64,000 bases of DNA. Origin: Zygnema circumcarinatum SAG 698-1b (taxonomy: Eukaryota; Plantae; Zygnematophyceae). Made by a program: the position numbers and the translations under genes. The notes under the pieces are model-generated. The model did not search any database, had not been told where the DNA came from, and saw nothing but the letters and a program-made list of their open reading frames with translations. The DNA lies in NCBI GenBank assembly GCA_037447605.1, contig CM074807.1, positions 3,048,327 to 3,112,326 on the forward strand, written 5' to 3'. This document shows positions 37,818-51,500 of the stretch, in pieces. The number at the start of each line of letters is the position of its first letter. The first letter of the stretch is position 1.

Positions 37818-38107
37818 TGTCACGGAAGCGTACGGCAAAGCTCACAGACTGCCCGAGATGAAATTATCAAAAATTTCAGCACACGGCAAGCGTTTTGACC
37901 GTCCGATCAAAAAAAATGAACGGTCGGATCGTCACTTGTCCGCTATAGCCACCACTAAGCGTGTGTTTCGATCGCCGGTCTTTTGCCCCCGCGCCTTTTC
38001 GCTCTCCCTCGTCCTCTTCCCCCCTCTCTCTCTCTCCCCGCTCTCACCCCCTCTTCCCCCCAATCTCTCTCCCCCTCTCTCTCACTCACTATCTCTCTCT
38101 CCCCGCC

Positions 38108-39112
38108 ATGCCAACCCCACCCATAAAGGACATGGCCCGTGCAGCATGCCATGAGCTGAAGATGAAGGAACTGGATTTCACGAAGCAAGAAATTCTGGCA
38201 GCTGCAAGCAGCGTGTACGGACCGGTGAGAGCAACTCCATGGTTTAGAGTATCTCCTGTGCTAAGGACCTGCGACAATGGCTAAGGATCGTACCGTGTAC
38301 TCTTCTAGGCTATACCCCTATTGTACACTACAGGTAGTAGTCAATGTTTGGGAATGCGTGGTCAGATACGCCACACTCTAACCCTAAAAGGATGTATGCG
38401 TCCCTTGAAATGTGGCCAGGGACGGGCGAAGCAAACTGACATGTATAGCGACATGAGGTTTGGGTTTCCTGCACTGATAGATTTCCTTTTGATCAAAAGG
38501 GAAGAGCAGCTGGAGGAAATTCGGAATCAGAAAATGTTCATTGGGAGAGAAAATGGAGGGGAAGGTCCTGTTGGGAGTACTGATAGTCTGGCACGTGAGA
38601 AGTCAAGAGAGATGGAATGTGAGAGAACCCTTTGCCAGAATATGGGCCAGGGAGATGAATTATTGCATTTGAATCTCGAGGGGGAGCGAGGAGATGGGGA
38701 GGGAAGGAGGCCCTCAGTGGAGTGTGAAGGGAACGAGCAGTTGGAAGTCCCTCAACGTCAGCCTCTTCCAATCGACCTGAACATGCCATACATGAAGGTC
38801 TTGGAGATGCAAGGACCTGAGGATCCTGTAGTGGAAACTTCTGGTCACCACGCCACAACAGGGGGAGACGCTGAGGAGAACGGTGACAATGTTGAGGCCG
38901 AGGGGAATTCGGAGGAGGATCATATTGAGATTCCCATCTTGTGGCGACCAGTGGAAGGAAATGAGAGACTGGAGGGAGCAGTGGTGGCTGGCGTAGGGAG
39001 CATGGAAGATTCGGGAGAGGCTGGATGGTTGCGACTGGCGTACAACTGGGATAGCGACGACCGAGAGATGGATGAGGTAGGGGAAGACGAGGAAGTGGAC
39101 GTGGTTGGATGA
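38108..39112 (+). CDS. Small acidic protein with EAR-like motifs (LHLNL, DLNMP)
   Basis: Phase-consistent exons 38108-38224, 38309-38333 and 38481-39112. CT-rich leader and GCCATG start. Acidic C-terminus. Confidence 0.55.
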
Positions 39113-40128
39113 GCAGAGGAGGGCTCGCAATATGACGCTCCTTACTCCCCTCACTACTTTCCTCACTTCTTGGACTTCTTTTTGGTGAGAAGTTGACTGG
39201 CTTTTTAGCGAGTGGAAGCCGAAGGGTCGACCTCCATTGATGGTTTATTTTAGTTTACCTGCAACGTTTTGCCAACGACGAGTCGCCACTTGTGTAAATT
39301 AGATATGAAGGCGAATACATGGCGAGCGGCCATTGGATACATATATAAGGTAAAAGTAAACTGTACTTTCAATGGAGGACTGCCCTCAGCCCACGCTCAA
39401 ACCTTGTCGTAAGGGTAAAGGTAGCAGGAGAAAGCCGCTTGTTTGCGTGGCTCGTTGACGCTGCTACAGAAAGAGTTTGATTGTGGAAGTCGCACATCAT
39501 TTCGTGTTTGATGCCATCTCTCTGCGTACGATTAGACTTGTGTGATTGGAGGACAGCTTTGTGGTGAATGGCTTGGCCCAAAAACCCTAAAAATCCTATA
39601 AGCCTCTCAACCACCCCGTTCATATCACTGTAATACGTTCTGTGCAATTCAATCGGATATGCAACATGTGAAAATGATATGCCCTTCAATACGTTGTTTT
39701 GACAAGAGCTTCATCGACAACTGAACCCCTTCAACGAGTCTTCACTATTGCAAAAGACAAAAAAGAAAAAAAGTTCATTTTCGTTCCTCGTCCAGTTCTG
39801 TGGGTTTAGCTTCAGCTTTTGTACAGAGCAGTACTCTCTAACTGATGCCCGTATTATACACTCGTTTCAGTTCATGGGACACGCGACTTTTATAACGCAC
39901 TTGAACAAGCTCACAGGGTTGCAAATGACATAATTTGCAATGTACAATACAGCATGATACCCTACATGATTTCATAAACTAAGCGCCATCGTCCATGTGG
40001 CTCTTCAACGACATGATAAAGGCCACGAAATTGAATTCCACAGCTGAGCAGGCGAATGCAACATGCCTACGACTGCCAAAGGCTACGACTTAACTTCTCA
40101 AGGGTACAAGCATGCTGTACGCCTCCAG

Positions 40129-43100
40129 CTACGGTAAGTTCAATCCACCATCGTCGGGTACAAGGCAACTGGATGCACCGAGGACAGGCTTATAGCTGGA
40201 TGGATTTTCAAACTGGCCTTCCCCATCCGGACCCCCACACTTGTCCCCCAGCACCCCCGTGTCTTCCAAGTGCACTTCAGAACATGAGACATAGCCTTCG
40301 GAAACTCCTCCTCCACCTCCATCCTCGTTCTGCCGGAGTTCGGCAGCGAGCCGATGATGGTTCTGGAGATGAGCCTGGGCAACTGACTGCTGAAGAACTG
40401 TCAGGTGATGTGCGTCTCCAACCCGACCTCCCGCTATGCTTTGACGTTCACGTAGCCTTCCAGTATGCTCCTCCCACACCATGGCATTGTGTACATGTTG
40501 CACAAATGAGTCAGGTATGGCAGGTTTGTTCCTCCGTTCCTCGTTACTCCTCTGCACCCAGCAACGAGAGAGAAGGGCCATGAGCATCCCTTGAATTGAA
40601 TCAGCATCATCTTCCACATCAAAAGGAAAAAGCACTAAATCACATGTTAGCCCGCATCCACAAATAGGATCCAGCAAGACCCACTTGTTGGATGAAAGGC
40701 AAAGACTGACGTGTCCAGCCTGGAGGCAGAATCTATCTCACCTTCTTCTGAAAATCCTTCAAAAGAGCACTTAGTTGCAGGTCTGTTGTGAAAGGAGGAA
40801 ACCTCTCAGCGCAATGCTGCCAGTTGGCGCTTTGAGAGAGATCCACAAAGGCCGCACGCATTCGCTCCAAAGACTTGATAGTGCTGCCCTTCTCCTCCAT
40901 CTCCTTCATGGAAAGCTGGCAATCAACTACTTGCTGGAGAAGACTCTTCATGGTCTCTTTGTTGCTTATTCCCTGAGATGGAACGATACAAATTGTCACA
41001 AAGTCAGGCCTCTTTTGTCAAAAACAATATAGATAATTACTAACACAATACGATACTGACCACAACTGTACTTCCAGATCGTCATCGAATGCTCAGCCAA
41101 AAGGACTTGGTGTACAGCACCAGCATGTTCCCCTGAAAGTAAGATACTATATGATAGTGTTGGAAAAGCAGGACAAGCTACAACCCAATAATGAGTAGGA
41201 AGCATGTCGACATATTTTGCATGCTATATGAATGCCTTGGTGACAAATAAGGATAAACAGTAATTATGTTCTGAGACAAAATAAGCATTTTCTCCTTCCC
41301 AGAGAAACCAACCATCCACGACTCTTCTTTGGTTCAAGCTATACTTGATGGTTACGGAATTTACCTGCAATGCTCTCCATGGTAGCAGAGGCATGCCTGG
41401 AGGAGGATCACATTCAGGGTTGCGCAAAAGGTGAGGTTGATCACTTCTGCGTCTGCGTTTGGTCCCTGTGTGTTCCTGATAGGCTTCTTTCTGGCCTTTA
41501 ATCTCCCACCTCTCCCATTTCGAGAAGATCTTATCTTGAAGCTCCCAAATCTGTCACCATTTATAACCAATACAGGCACCCAAGGCTTCAACACAACATA
41601 ACCTTATGACCGACACGTCCAGGGACCCATTTAATAAAAAACAAAAACGCTAAAAAGATTATTCTGCTGCTTAGCAATTATAGGAATATAAGATTCTTTA
41701 AATGCAGACAGTCGTTCAATTTGTATAGCAAGCTTATCTAGCAGTAGATTTCCTCATTTGAAGATTGCTTCTGTGATTCGTCTTTTCATCTTGGTGAATC
41801 TAACGCCATGTCATCCATATTAACTTACATGAGCAATGGAGCTAGCAACATCAACAAGCCGTAAATAAGGGACAGATTGCTGATGCCATTAGAAACCTTC
41901 ACAAGGTCTATGTCTAGGCCTTCAAGAAACAGGTCCAGCCGTACGTTTCACCCCCCTAAGATGGGAAAGCAAATAGTCGAATGCCTACCAAGATCTCCAA
42001 GAACAGTTCCAATCGCATTGCAACAATGAAGCCTAGCGACAGGTGACCATTCTCACCTCTCCTTCCCTGAATGCAATCTGAAACAGGTTGTCGTGCCATC
42101 TCAAACTATCTGCCAATTTTGTCTCCTCGATTCGAAGGCCAATCTTCTTACAGACTTCCCTTCTCCACATACGATCGGCTTTAAGATCCTGTGTCTTCAT
42201 CCGCATAAATTCATTATGAACATAGCGAATCCGATCAATGAAACTCATTTTCATCCTGTACATTTGACAAGGCAAAGGAACCGCAACAGTTACCAAGAAG
42301 AAACCACAGATTCTAGTTAAATGACACTCAAGCAATAGACGAAAATGCATATAACGGCTAACAACAGATTAGACGCAAGTAGATGAATCGCAAAACCATT
42401 GTGAAACCTGATAAAAATTTGCTGCGCGTAGCATGTTACGTCACTTGCAGGTAATCTGACTGTAGAGTCTAGAAAACGTACGGCTGATTTTCAAGCAGCT
42501 CACTTTCATCGCTATCCAACCTTGTGCTCTGAAGAAGTGTGTGCTGACTGTCAGACACTTCAATATCAAGGCCTAAGCAACCGTCCCCACCACGAGCATA
42601 ACAAAGTTCAGCCGAACTCCTCCGGCACTCAGAAAGGATAACTGTTGAAACAAACTTTAAAAACTCCCCAAAAACTACATTCTCCAAGCAGAGAAATGGT
42701 GGTCGGAGACAAGACATCCTAGTTAGAGTTGTCTTTTCTTGAACTAATGAATTACCTCGATGTCTATATGCTTGTTTTTGCCGATTTCTGCGAGACTGAA
42801 TACCGCTATGAGGGTCATGCCCCATATTTGGCTGACCACCTTCTGGCTGATGACCTTCCAGCCTGCGTCCCAAACAAAGGTAGCACTTCTCACAAGTCTG
42901 TAGGATGAGGAAGCTGTGCCGTAAAAGGCGACCCTTCCCCCTTGTAGTTATTGCATGGCATTGACCTGATGTTAATCGGAGGTGTTAATATCAGAATTCC
43001 CAATGCAACCTCCCTATGTCACAAAGTTATAGTACATATTTATTAACTTACAGAAAGTATGAAAATCAAAAACCTCAAGCATACTACTTGAATCAGCTCC

Positions 43101-44394
43101 TCTCTTCGCGTTCCATCTTCAAGATGGAGACAATATGTCTCCGAGATGGATGGATCTTAAATTAATCTCACTGATAATCTGCTGAAGTAAGTCTGATAGT
43201 AGACACATTTACGTGCTCACGTAAGTCTGATGATAGACACACCTCGTGCAAACCTTGTTTTAGTGACTAAAACTTCTCGCTTCCATTTGCTGCAACGGAC
43301 TTATATAAAAGTTTGTAAGCGAACCTCAAGTGGCCAGACTGGGTAGATCCTAAGGCACATGTAACGGCCATGTTGTCTATTGGTCCTTTCACCTCTACCG
43401 CTTGCCAACCTGCATGATGTTTGCATCAGTATAGTACGTTCAATAAACAAGTGTCAACAGCAGCAGTCCCACTCTACCATCTGAAATCTTCACAGTGTTC
43501 AGTTAACATTCGGCTTTACAAACACGCAACAGGGCCAAATGAAACAAATCCGCATGCTTCTCTCTTCAATTACCCGGATACACATGGCCATTTCAAATAG
43601 CTCGTGCATCAGATACACCAGCATGTTGAGCAAAGCCATTAATCATAGCATGCTTTAGTTACCTTGAACCTGGCAGACATACTGCGAAGTAACTGGAGCT
43701 CCTAGTCTGTGCTCGAAGTTCGCGACAAGCTTGCTCAGGCTCTCTAGCAGCAACACACGGTGACCAATGCTTGGCAATAGTTCTTTCAGATTTTCCCGGT
43801 CCAGCTTCAAGAGAATTGCCCCGCTGATGTGGTTATCGAGAAATATTTGTCGGTACAAGGGCAATCCAACAATATTGCATATCCAGCTTGCAACGTCCTG
43901 CCAAGTCATAATGATAAGCCGGCTGAAATCAGACAAGACTACTCTACCGGCTACTTGCCAGCTGCTTTACCCCTACATTTGAAAACAACGAGGACCATAA
44001 ACCATACACTAACGGACGATTTGAGATTTTCCATCTGCCAAGCGATTAACAACTGTAGCATTGAAGGGTGGATCAGATGAAGTTAACATGCCCTGCCTGC
44101 ACTAAAGTCCTTTAATCTCGAAATCACCATTGACGCTCATTGGAGCTCCTGCTCTCCTACTCAACTGATCCAGTCAATCACTCACATGAGCTGTAGTAAG
44201 CCTGGTTAATGTGAACCTTTGCATTTGGCTAAACGCAATGAATAAAAAAAAACTCGAGCCGTAAAAATTAGTACCTCGCATGTCCACTCTGCGACGTCTC
44301 TCGTCAGCGTCCCGGTCTGCTGTGCCGACCGTTGCAAAACTGAATCTTGCTCTTCAACAGGAAGGACTGGTACAATCGCTCCGCCTTCTCCCAT
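40129..44394 (-). CDS. SAM (sterile alpha motif) domain protein with unassigned helical C-terminal domain
   Basis: Spliced DVAEWTCE|DVASWICNIVGLPLYRQIFLDNHISGAILLKLDRENLKELLPSIGHRVLLLESL is a SAM domain. Downstream in-phase exons at ~42250-42055, ~41555-41370, ~40978-40742 and ~40555-40129. The middle junctions are partly uncertain; a probable 5'UTR exon lies at ~44740-44880. Confidence 0.7.
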
Positions 44395-45130
44395 CCTGTT
44401 AGTTACGCGAAAGCAGCTCGAAATTAAATTGCCAGCTTTTCCTGTAATGACAACAGATGGTCGTAAATGTTTGGAAGATCGTAATCAAGGAAATTTGCGT
44501 GGTTTCATTCAAATAAAGAACTCCAGTGACCGCGCCTACATCGTGGCTATATATTGTACCTGTACATGATAAGCATTGATAAATGCTAGTTTTTTTTCGC
44601 CCTCCAAAGATCCTATGAGTAGTAAAGCCTGTTCCTGCCAGTTGGCAAACTTACAGCAACGCAAGCTTCTAATACAGCTGTCCGATGGAAACAAGTTTTA
44701 ATAACGCCAGTCTTCGCACATAGCCATCCCAATTTACCTTGCTTCTTGACATCTCATTAGTCAATTCATCTGCAATACCAATCATTTCACCCCCGATAAC
44801 CTGCTCCGAGTGTGCTTCATCCCCCTCTAAGAAGAATCCAGCAGCGTTTTGGCCCCTCTTCCACTTGCGAAACATCAGCATGCTTCCCAGCAGGCAGAGC
44901 AGCACGCACGCACGCGTGCAACCTTGCAAGCAAGCAAGCAGAACAGAGCAGTAGAGCAGCAGCAGCAGCAAAGCGACGCGAGTGCGAGAGCAGGAGCTTA
45001 CTGTCCAGCGCGCGCTCTCTCCCCCGCGCTGCATCACATCACATCCCGCGCGCAGGCGGGCAGGCAGGCGTATGTCGGGCCTGCAGGCGCCTCCCAACAT
45101 CAGCCCCCTTCCCTTCCTCCCCGCGCACCG

Positions 45131-45178
45131 GTATGTATGTATGTATGTATATATGTATATATGTATGTATGTATGCAT
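45131..45178 (+). repeat. (GTAT)n/(AT) microsatellite in a divergent promoter
   Basis: Direct reading. Confidence 0.85.
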
Positions 45179-45572
45179 GCGGGGAGGCGCGCACACATGC
45201 ATGTATGGCCATCGCGTCGCCAGAGTCTGCAACGGCCCTCTGGCTCAACCCGCCGCTGCGCTCGCTCATGGGATGGATGCCGGGCACGCAGACAGCTGTA
45301 GTATTCTATGGAAGCACTACGGCGTGGGCAATGCAGCTCCAAGCTATGGAAGCAACACGCATAGCGCTTGCTTCTAGCTGCAGGCTTGCGACCGGAGAGA
45401 CGGAGACGAGTTTGTTCTGAGGGGGATAGATGCGCAGCGTGGCACATGGCAGTCAGCAAACTTCGTGATAGGCTTGGAATGAAAGTATCTCGTCAAACTG
45501 AGCTGGTATTGTTCAGCTTGCCATGTTAGTCACTCTCTCTTGAGTGGGGACTGCATTCAGAAGCTTTCGAGG

Positions 45573-48500
45573 ATGGAACAGTCAGTCGGTGGTGACGAGT
45601 GGCGGGACGGAGACTCCAAAGAAGCTCTGCGGCAGCAGGTAGTGAGCTTCTTGTTGCAGGAGGATTATGTACTCACTGCATTTGAGCTGCTCCACGAGTT
45701 CTTGGAAGATGGGCAGCTGCTGGCTGCCACAAGATTGCAGGACTACTTCTCAAAGCAGGACAAATTTCCAGCAGACCAGATGCTTCAACTTCAAAGTTTG
45801 CAAGGTTGGTGGTTAATAAATCCCCATTTCCCTTTAATATCATACCCTGCCATCAATAACTTCCCTCCGATTAGTGCTGTATAGGTCAACCTGCTCTATC
45901 TCAAGGTATGGAAGCATTTAGTTTGACCTTTTGCTAAGTTTATTTGCTAAAGATGGTACGAGGTAGAATTGCTATTTTATCATAGCCTCGGTGTCCAACA
46001 ACGACTTCAATAAGAAACTTGTAAAAAATGATTTTTTCTTTTTTTCCTTTCTCAATAAGCTATTACTCAACCTTTTTTTTCGATATCTTCTGCTAGTCAT
46101 TGTTATCTCCATCATAAGCAATTGGTAGAATTGATAACGCTTTGGCTTGTACGCATTGTATACGTTTATGGGGTTAGAAGTTTGTTAGACTCGCTTCACA
46201 TTTTCTTGCACACCGGTTTTGACTCAGAGTACTACCTATCCGTCGACTCTGTAATGCACCTTCCAGTAGTAATGGAAACTTTGCTTGTTGTTGCAAGAGG
46301 GGAGGGCCACCTTCAGAACTTCATGCAAGCTTGGGGTTCTGAAGGAGAGGCTGCATTGGTCATGGCATTGGGTTTTATGATGCAGCGCTTGAAACGCAAC
46401 GACTGTCCGATGAGAAGGAAGTAGCGTTGGAGAAGGTGGCTGCATCTGAGTACGAACTGAGGTTAGCCCGTGAAGATATTCAAAGGCTACAGGAACGATT
46501 GGATGAGCAATTGGCGACTCCATCCCAAGCTGCTAACCTTGTGTCTGGTAAGTCCTTATATATTAAGTATTCGATGTATGGGCTGGTCAGAGATTGAAAG
46601 AAACATGGTGAAATTGGTAAATAAACATTATATAATATAGTAATATGGCATCCCAATCCTATACTCTGTTCCAAGTATCAGTGTTAAACGACCCGATGAA
46701 CGTCTCAATATTGGATATGGATATGGAAATAGTGCTATCTTTGGTGCTTGAGCAGCCTCAGTTAGATCCAGAAATATTCACCACATCCTTTTGCAGACAT
46801 TGCTAAAGGAGTGAGTGCACATAAGAAACGTGACACCCCCGTCACATTGCAGTTGGAAGTGGCTTTTTGGAGAAAAAGGTAGGCACAGACATTGGTTGTC
46901 AGCAACCAATGTCTGTTGACTTCTCTCGCCTTGGCTTATGCTAAGTGGAGTGTTTTGGTTTTGGTATTTAATTCACGCCATCTTTTGGGTGTGGAGAATA
47001 ACGGACATGGTACATATCACTTTGGCTCAGCAATATACTTTACCTTCAATGAGCAACTGGTGCGGCTAGTGGGCAGTGTAGACACATCAACCTATCGTTG
47101 GTTATAACGAAGTTCTAGGTTTCTGAAATGTATGCAGAAAAAACAAAGGTAGAGGGGCACATGGATGGAGAAGACCTGCAAGAAGGCGGGGAGAGGAATC
47201 ATGTAGATATTCGGAAACAAATGAGCTCGAAGATCTCTGCAATTGGGGAAGTTGAGAGAAGGGATTTAAATTGTGCAGTGAAAGAATATCTGGTGTCAGC
47301 TGGCTATAAGCTGACAGCCATGTGTCTCCGGGACGAGGTATGGTCCTCCTTGAGCCTACTATTTGTCATATGTAGACGAAAGCTTCTCCATTTGGCATGA
47401 AGTTCAGTGCTTGTGCTGTCTAGCGAAACATATTGGATATCTTTGGGGATTTTTGCTAATAAAGAGAATGTGCGTACCAATCAACGACTTACGTTATATG
47501 CGCTTTTTAACAAAATGCTTTGGTCACGAGGAATCAAATAACAGGTTGGAGATCAAGATCTGGACAAATGGGAGCCTGGCCCCTCATATGTGGAGAAAGC
47601 GCTTCGGACATATTACCAGCACTTTCTTAACAGCAAAGCTGACCATGAGCACATACAGGTATGCTTCGTCCGGTCAGAGCCCAACTGTTAAGAATAGAGT
47701 AGAACTCTTTGCTTTGTCGACTCGTTGATAAGCTGAAATCTTTTATTTTACTGAAAGGAACGGAATCTTAAGGAATCTGTTAAGTGGGTGGAGGACAAGC
47801 AGACTCAGTTACCTTCTTTTTAAGGAGAGCAAGACTTTCGTCAGACATGCTTGCTTCAGACGCTTGATTGGTCATTGCAAATGTCATGCCAACACAGGAT
47901 TGGGGATAGTCTATGCCTCGATCAAGTATGGTTTCGACCTTTCTACAATGTGTTCGGCTGTTTTCCTAGATATCCCTAATGCTTTTTCGACCATAGCCTA
48001 ATTAGCTTTTTTAAAGTAGTCAGGCTTTGTGAGGTTGGCAGCACCTGGAAGACGTCAAGCAACAGCTTCTCAATCGGACGGAAGCTGTAGAAGTACAACG
48101 AGATGCTCTGATTGCAGAAAATCAGGGCCTGACGAAAGCTTTGGCAGAGTCGCAGCAGGCCTTAAACGACAGAGACAAGATGGTGCGCTCTTTACCCTTC
48201 GCCCTTCTCAGATTTCACTTTTTCTTTCAGTTCTAAGAGATACAATAGAGTATTACTGAGAGTTGGTGAGAATGTTGGAAGTGAAACCCTTTTGCTACTA
48301 TTTAGGTTTCCAATCACAACCATGTAGGTGGAAGTGCGGAGCATAGTTTCTTCACATGCTGCAACAAGGTTTCTAGAGGCGGGATTCCCTGGATTCATCG
48401 CGGTACAGTTAGCGAAGCATTAAAAAGCAAGTCAAACGGCTACATACAACTTACAGGCTGGGTAACCTATGTCACTCACGATATTTGCTTCCTAAATATA

Positions 48501-51500
48501 GATTCCTCTAGTTCCAGGATACGTTGGCTATGTTATCTACTTAAATGAACACGGACCAGGTTCAACTCAAACCAGTGGGCCCCCGATATGAGTATGTTGC
48601 TGGCTATGCATCACCAATGCTTGCGCAATTGTCTGACACCAACCGTCAGTGAAAGGATGGACATAGGAAACACATAATGAACGTGAATTGAACTCGATAT
48701 GGCCGTGCAGAACCAAAGTCCTTGGAGATTAAGGTTACAGCCTGGACAAGTAGTACGGAATTCTGAGCTCTTTATACATTCGTTTTGTTTTGTTTGCTGT
48801 CGTGCATGCCACTCTTCTGGTTAGCATGTTCACCAACTTGATTGAGATCCGTGTGCATCTGGTCAATCTTTAGCACAATGCAATTTCTTTCAATTTTAGT
48901 ATCCTTTCCATTGAATGGGAGCTTTGTTATCTTTCGGAAACAGAACACACACCACACTACAGGAGATGTGAATCATTAGGCTCGATGCTACATTCTGTTC
49001 TTCCCCAGCAGTAGAGTAACTAGGCATTTCATGCTATGCCTTAAAGGATGTTGTGCTATTTCTTTTTCTAGTGATCTACCTATCTCAAGCCTATTCGGAT
49101 ATAACTTCAGTGATTGGAGTAATAGACCACTGGATTCTTTAAATTCTCATATCGCAATACTGTATCATGATCCTGCTCAGATGTTGGAGCTGCAAGAGCG
49201 CTTTGGGTTGGCTGAGAGGAGTTTACAGTCGACTTACCAAGAAGTGGTAGCACTGAAGGAGGAGCTGAAAAAGCAACAACAACAAACTGAAGAAGCATCA
49301 GCTCAAATCAAGGCGTACCAGAATGAAAAGGCAGCTGCCCTTTCTCAGATAGCAGAACTTCAGACCGCCATACAGAACAATCCTGCCCGGAAAGATTCTG
49401 ATGTTAGCACTGTTAAGCCAAAGCATGGGCATGCGGTAGGGGTATACTCTGATCATAGCCAGGGTGATGGTCAAGGTGATGCTGACTTATCCGACACAGA
49501 AAGTAGAAAAGTTGATGCAATTAGCGGTCAGGAGACCTTGACAGATTCTGGAAGTTTGCCAGTGAATGGGGTGGACAAGCACATAATTGACACGATGGAG
49601 TCGTCGGAGCAACCGTTGACCGATAGCATTGGTGATCTGAACATTGGCCTTTCTAGCGAAGAAGGCAGAACCGGTGCCATTGAAGAACTTGCAAATGGTA
49701 GTAGCCAGGAGGTGAGCGACCAAGTGAACTTAGATACTGAGGTGAGGCAGGAGGATGGAGTTGCTGGAGGTGGAGGTCCTGCACAAAGTGGGGAAAACGA
49801 AGCCGCAGTAGCAAGAACAGACTCAGATCAAATTCGACAACAGTCGATGGAGAATGACGGTGCTGCAGTGCTCATCATCGCTGAATCATTACCGAAGATT
49901 GTACCCAATGTACTTATTAATCATCGGGAGGTATGTGAATCAAGTTGGTGTCAGATTGTTGTTGCATTTTGCGGGTTCAAAATTAGTGGAGCTTTTGCTG
50001 TATACGAGTAGTTCTATGTGTTTAACTCAGTTCAGTACATTTTTTTGATAACTTGGTTGAATCAGCGAGCTGATTCTTCATCCTGTTTATACTGCTGGGC
50101 CAGTGAGGTGTCGTTCATTTGAGCCCTCAGATGTTCTAGGAATTTGCTTATCACTGAATTCTAATCAGGCCCTCAGATTATCGTTTTTCACTTATGTCTG
50201 CCATCAAGGAATGGTGTTGTTTGGGCTGATATGGGTGAGCTCGAAGCCTAACTCTTCCATTGATAGGGTTTTTCTCTTTGTGGCGAACATGTGTTTGTTC
50301 AGGAGCTCCTGCCGTTGTTCATGTGTGCCATAGAACGGCATCCTGATGTCTACACAAGAGATGCCCTAACCAATGGCCTTTTTAACCTCATTAAGAAGCC
50401 CGATGAAGAGCAGCGCCGCGTTATCATGGATGCCTGCGTTGCCCTCGCAGCGAAGATTGGAGAGGACAAAACTGAATCAGAGCTGTTGCCACAGTGCTGG
50501 GAGCAGGTAATGTCTGCCTCTTGGGAGAAACTAAAGCAGCAGACTTAGTTGGTTTAACTTTCCTCTTCGTTTAACTTCGGTCTGTGGTACAAGCATTGTA
50601 GTCATGCTCACGAACCATAGTCCTTTTCACTTCTAAGTAGTATTACAGTGTCTAAACGCATTCTGATGCACATAGGCATGCCCACGGGAATTTCCTCAAC
50701 ATTCTTGAAAAGTGACCAAAAGAATCTTGTGATCATGTTTTGGTTATATGACTGGATTATTCCTGATTTCTTTGAGGCTTGGGGAATATTCCTGATGCTA
50801 CGAAAGAAAGCGAGCTGGTTATGTCAGCTTTTGTCTGTTTGTTTGCCAGACAACTCCAGCCTGTTATGCATAGTTCATGGAATGTCTTTTCCCAGCATAA
50901 GCCGGAGTTTAAGGTATTGAAACATGCTAGATTCCTACCGAATATAATGGCAGCTGAGCGTAGTTTACCAGGTAATGAAGTTGACAATCTTCACAATTTC
51001 CCGGCTGTTCGTACTTGGGTGGAATCTGCTTTCAGTTTCTCAGATGGCCTTAACATGATAATCAGTCTGCCTGCCATTGGATGTACTCTGACATAGTTTT
51101 TTTGTTTGTGAATCTAACTGCAGATCAACCACAAGTTTGCTGAACGACGGTTGCTGGTAGCCCAATCCTGTGGGAGGCTTGCTCAATATGTGCGGCCATC
51201 CATCAGAAGCTCTCTCATCCTTTCCATTCTAAGTCAGCTCACAGAAGACAACTCACCGATAGTACGGGAAGGAGTGGCGCATAATTTAGCGCTGTTGCTT
51301 CCGTATTTGGAGGATCTGGAAAAGTATTCTAAGGTTAGCCTTTCAATGCTTTGAGGATTGTTCTTCACTGGCCCGGTTAGCTTTGCTAACGGATGCTGTT
51401 ATAAGGCAGATGGTTTGGAAGATAGTTGTGTACACTATGCGTTCATGTTCGCCACATAATCCATTGCCTTCTTAGTTTGACATCTGTGGACTTGTTCAAT

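Noticed and set aside
38378-38388. CTAACCCTAAA as a telomeric repeat or telomerase template
   Set aside because: A single short match inside an intron, without an array or Pol III promoter.
44669-45459. Several ORFs of 130-200 aa between the SAM and RELCH genes
   Set aside because: Translations are dominated by microsatellite and GC-rich UTR sequence and have no domain features.
48899-48907. GTATCCTTT as a second U12 donor in RELCH
   Set aside because: It lies deep in an intron whose flanking exons already join in phase (RDKM|MLEL), with no exon upstream of it.
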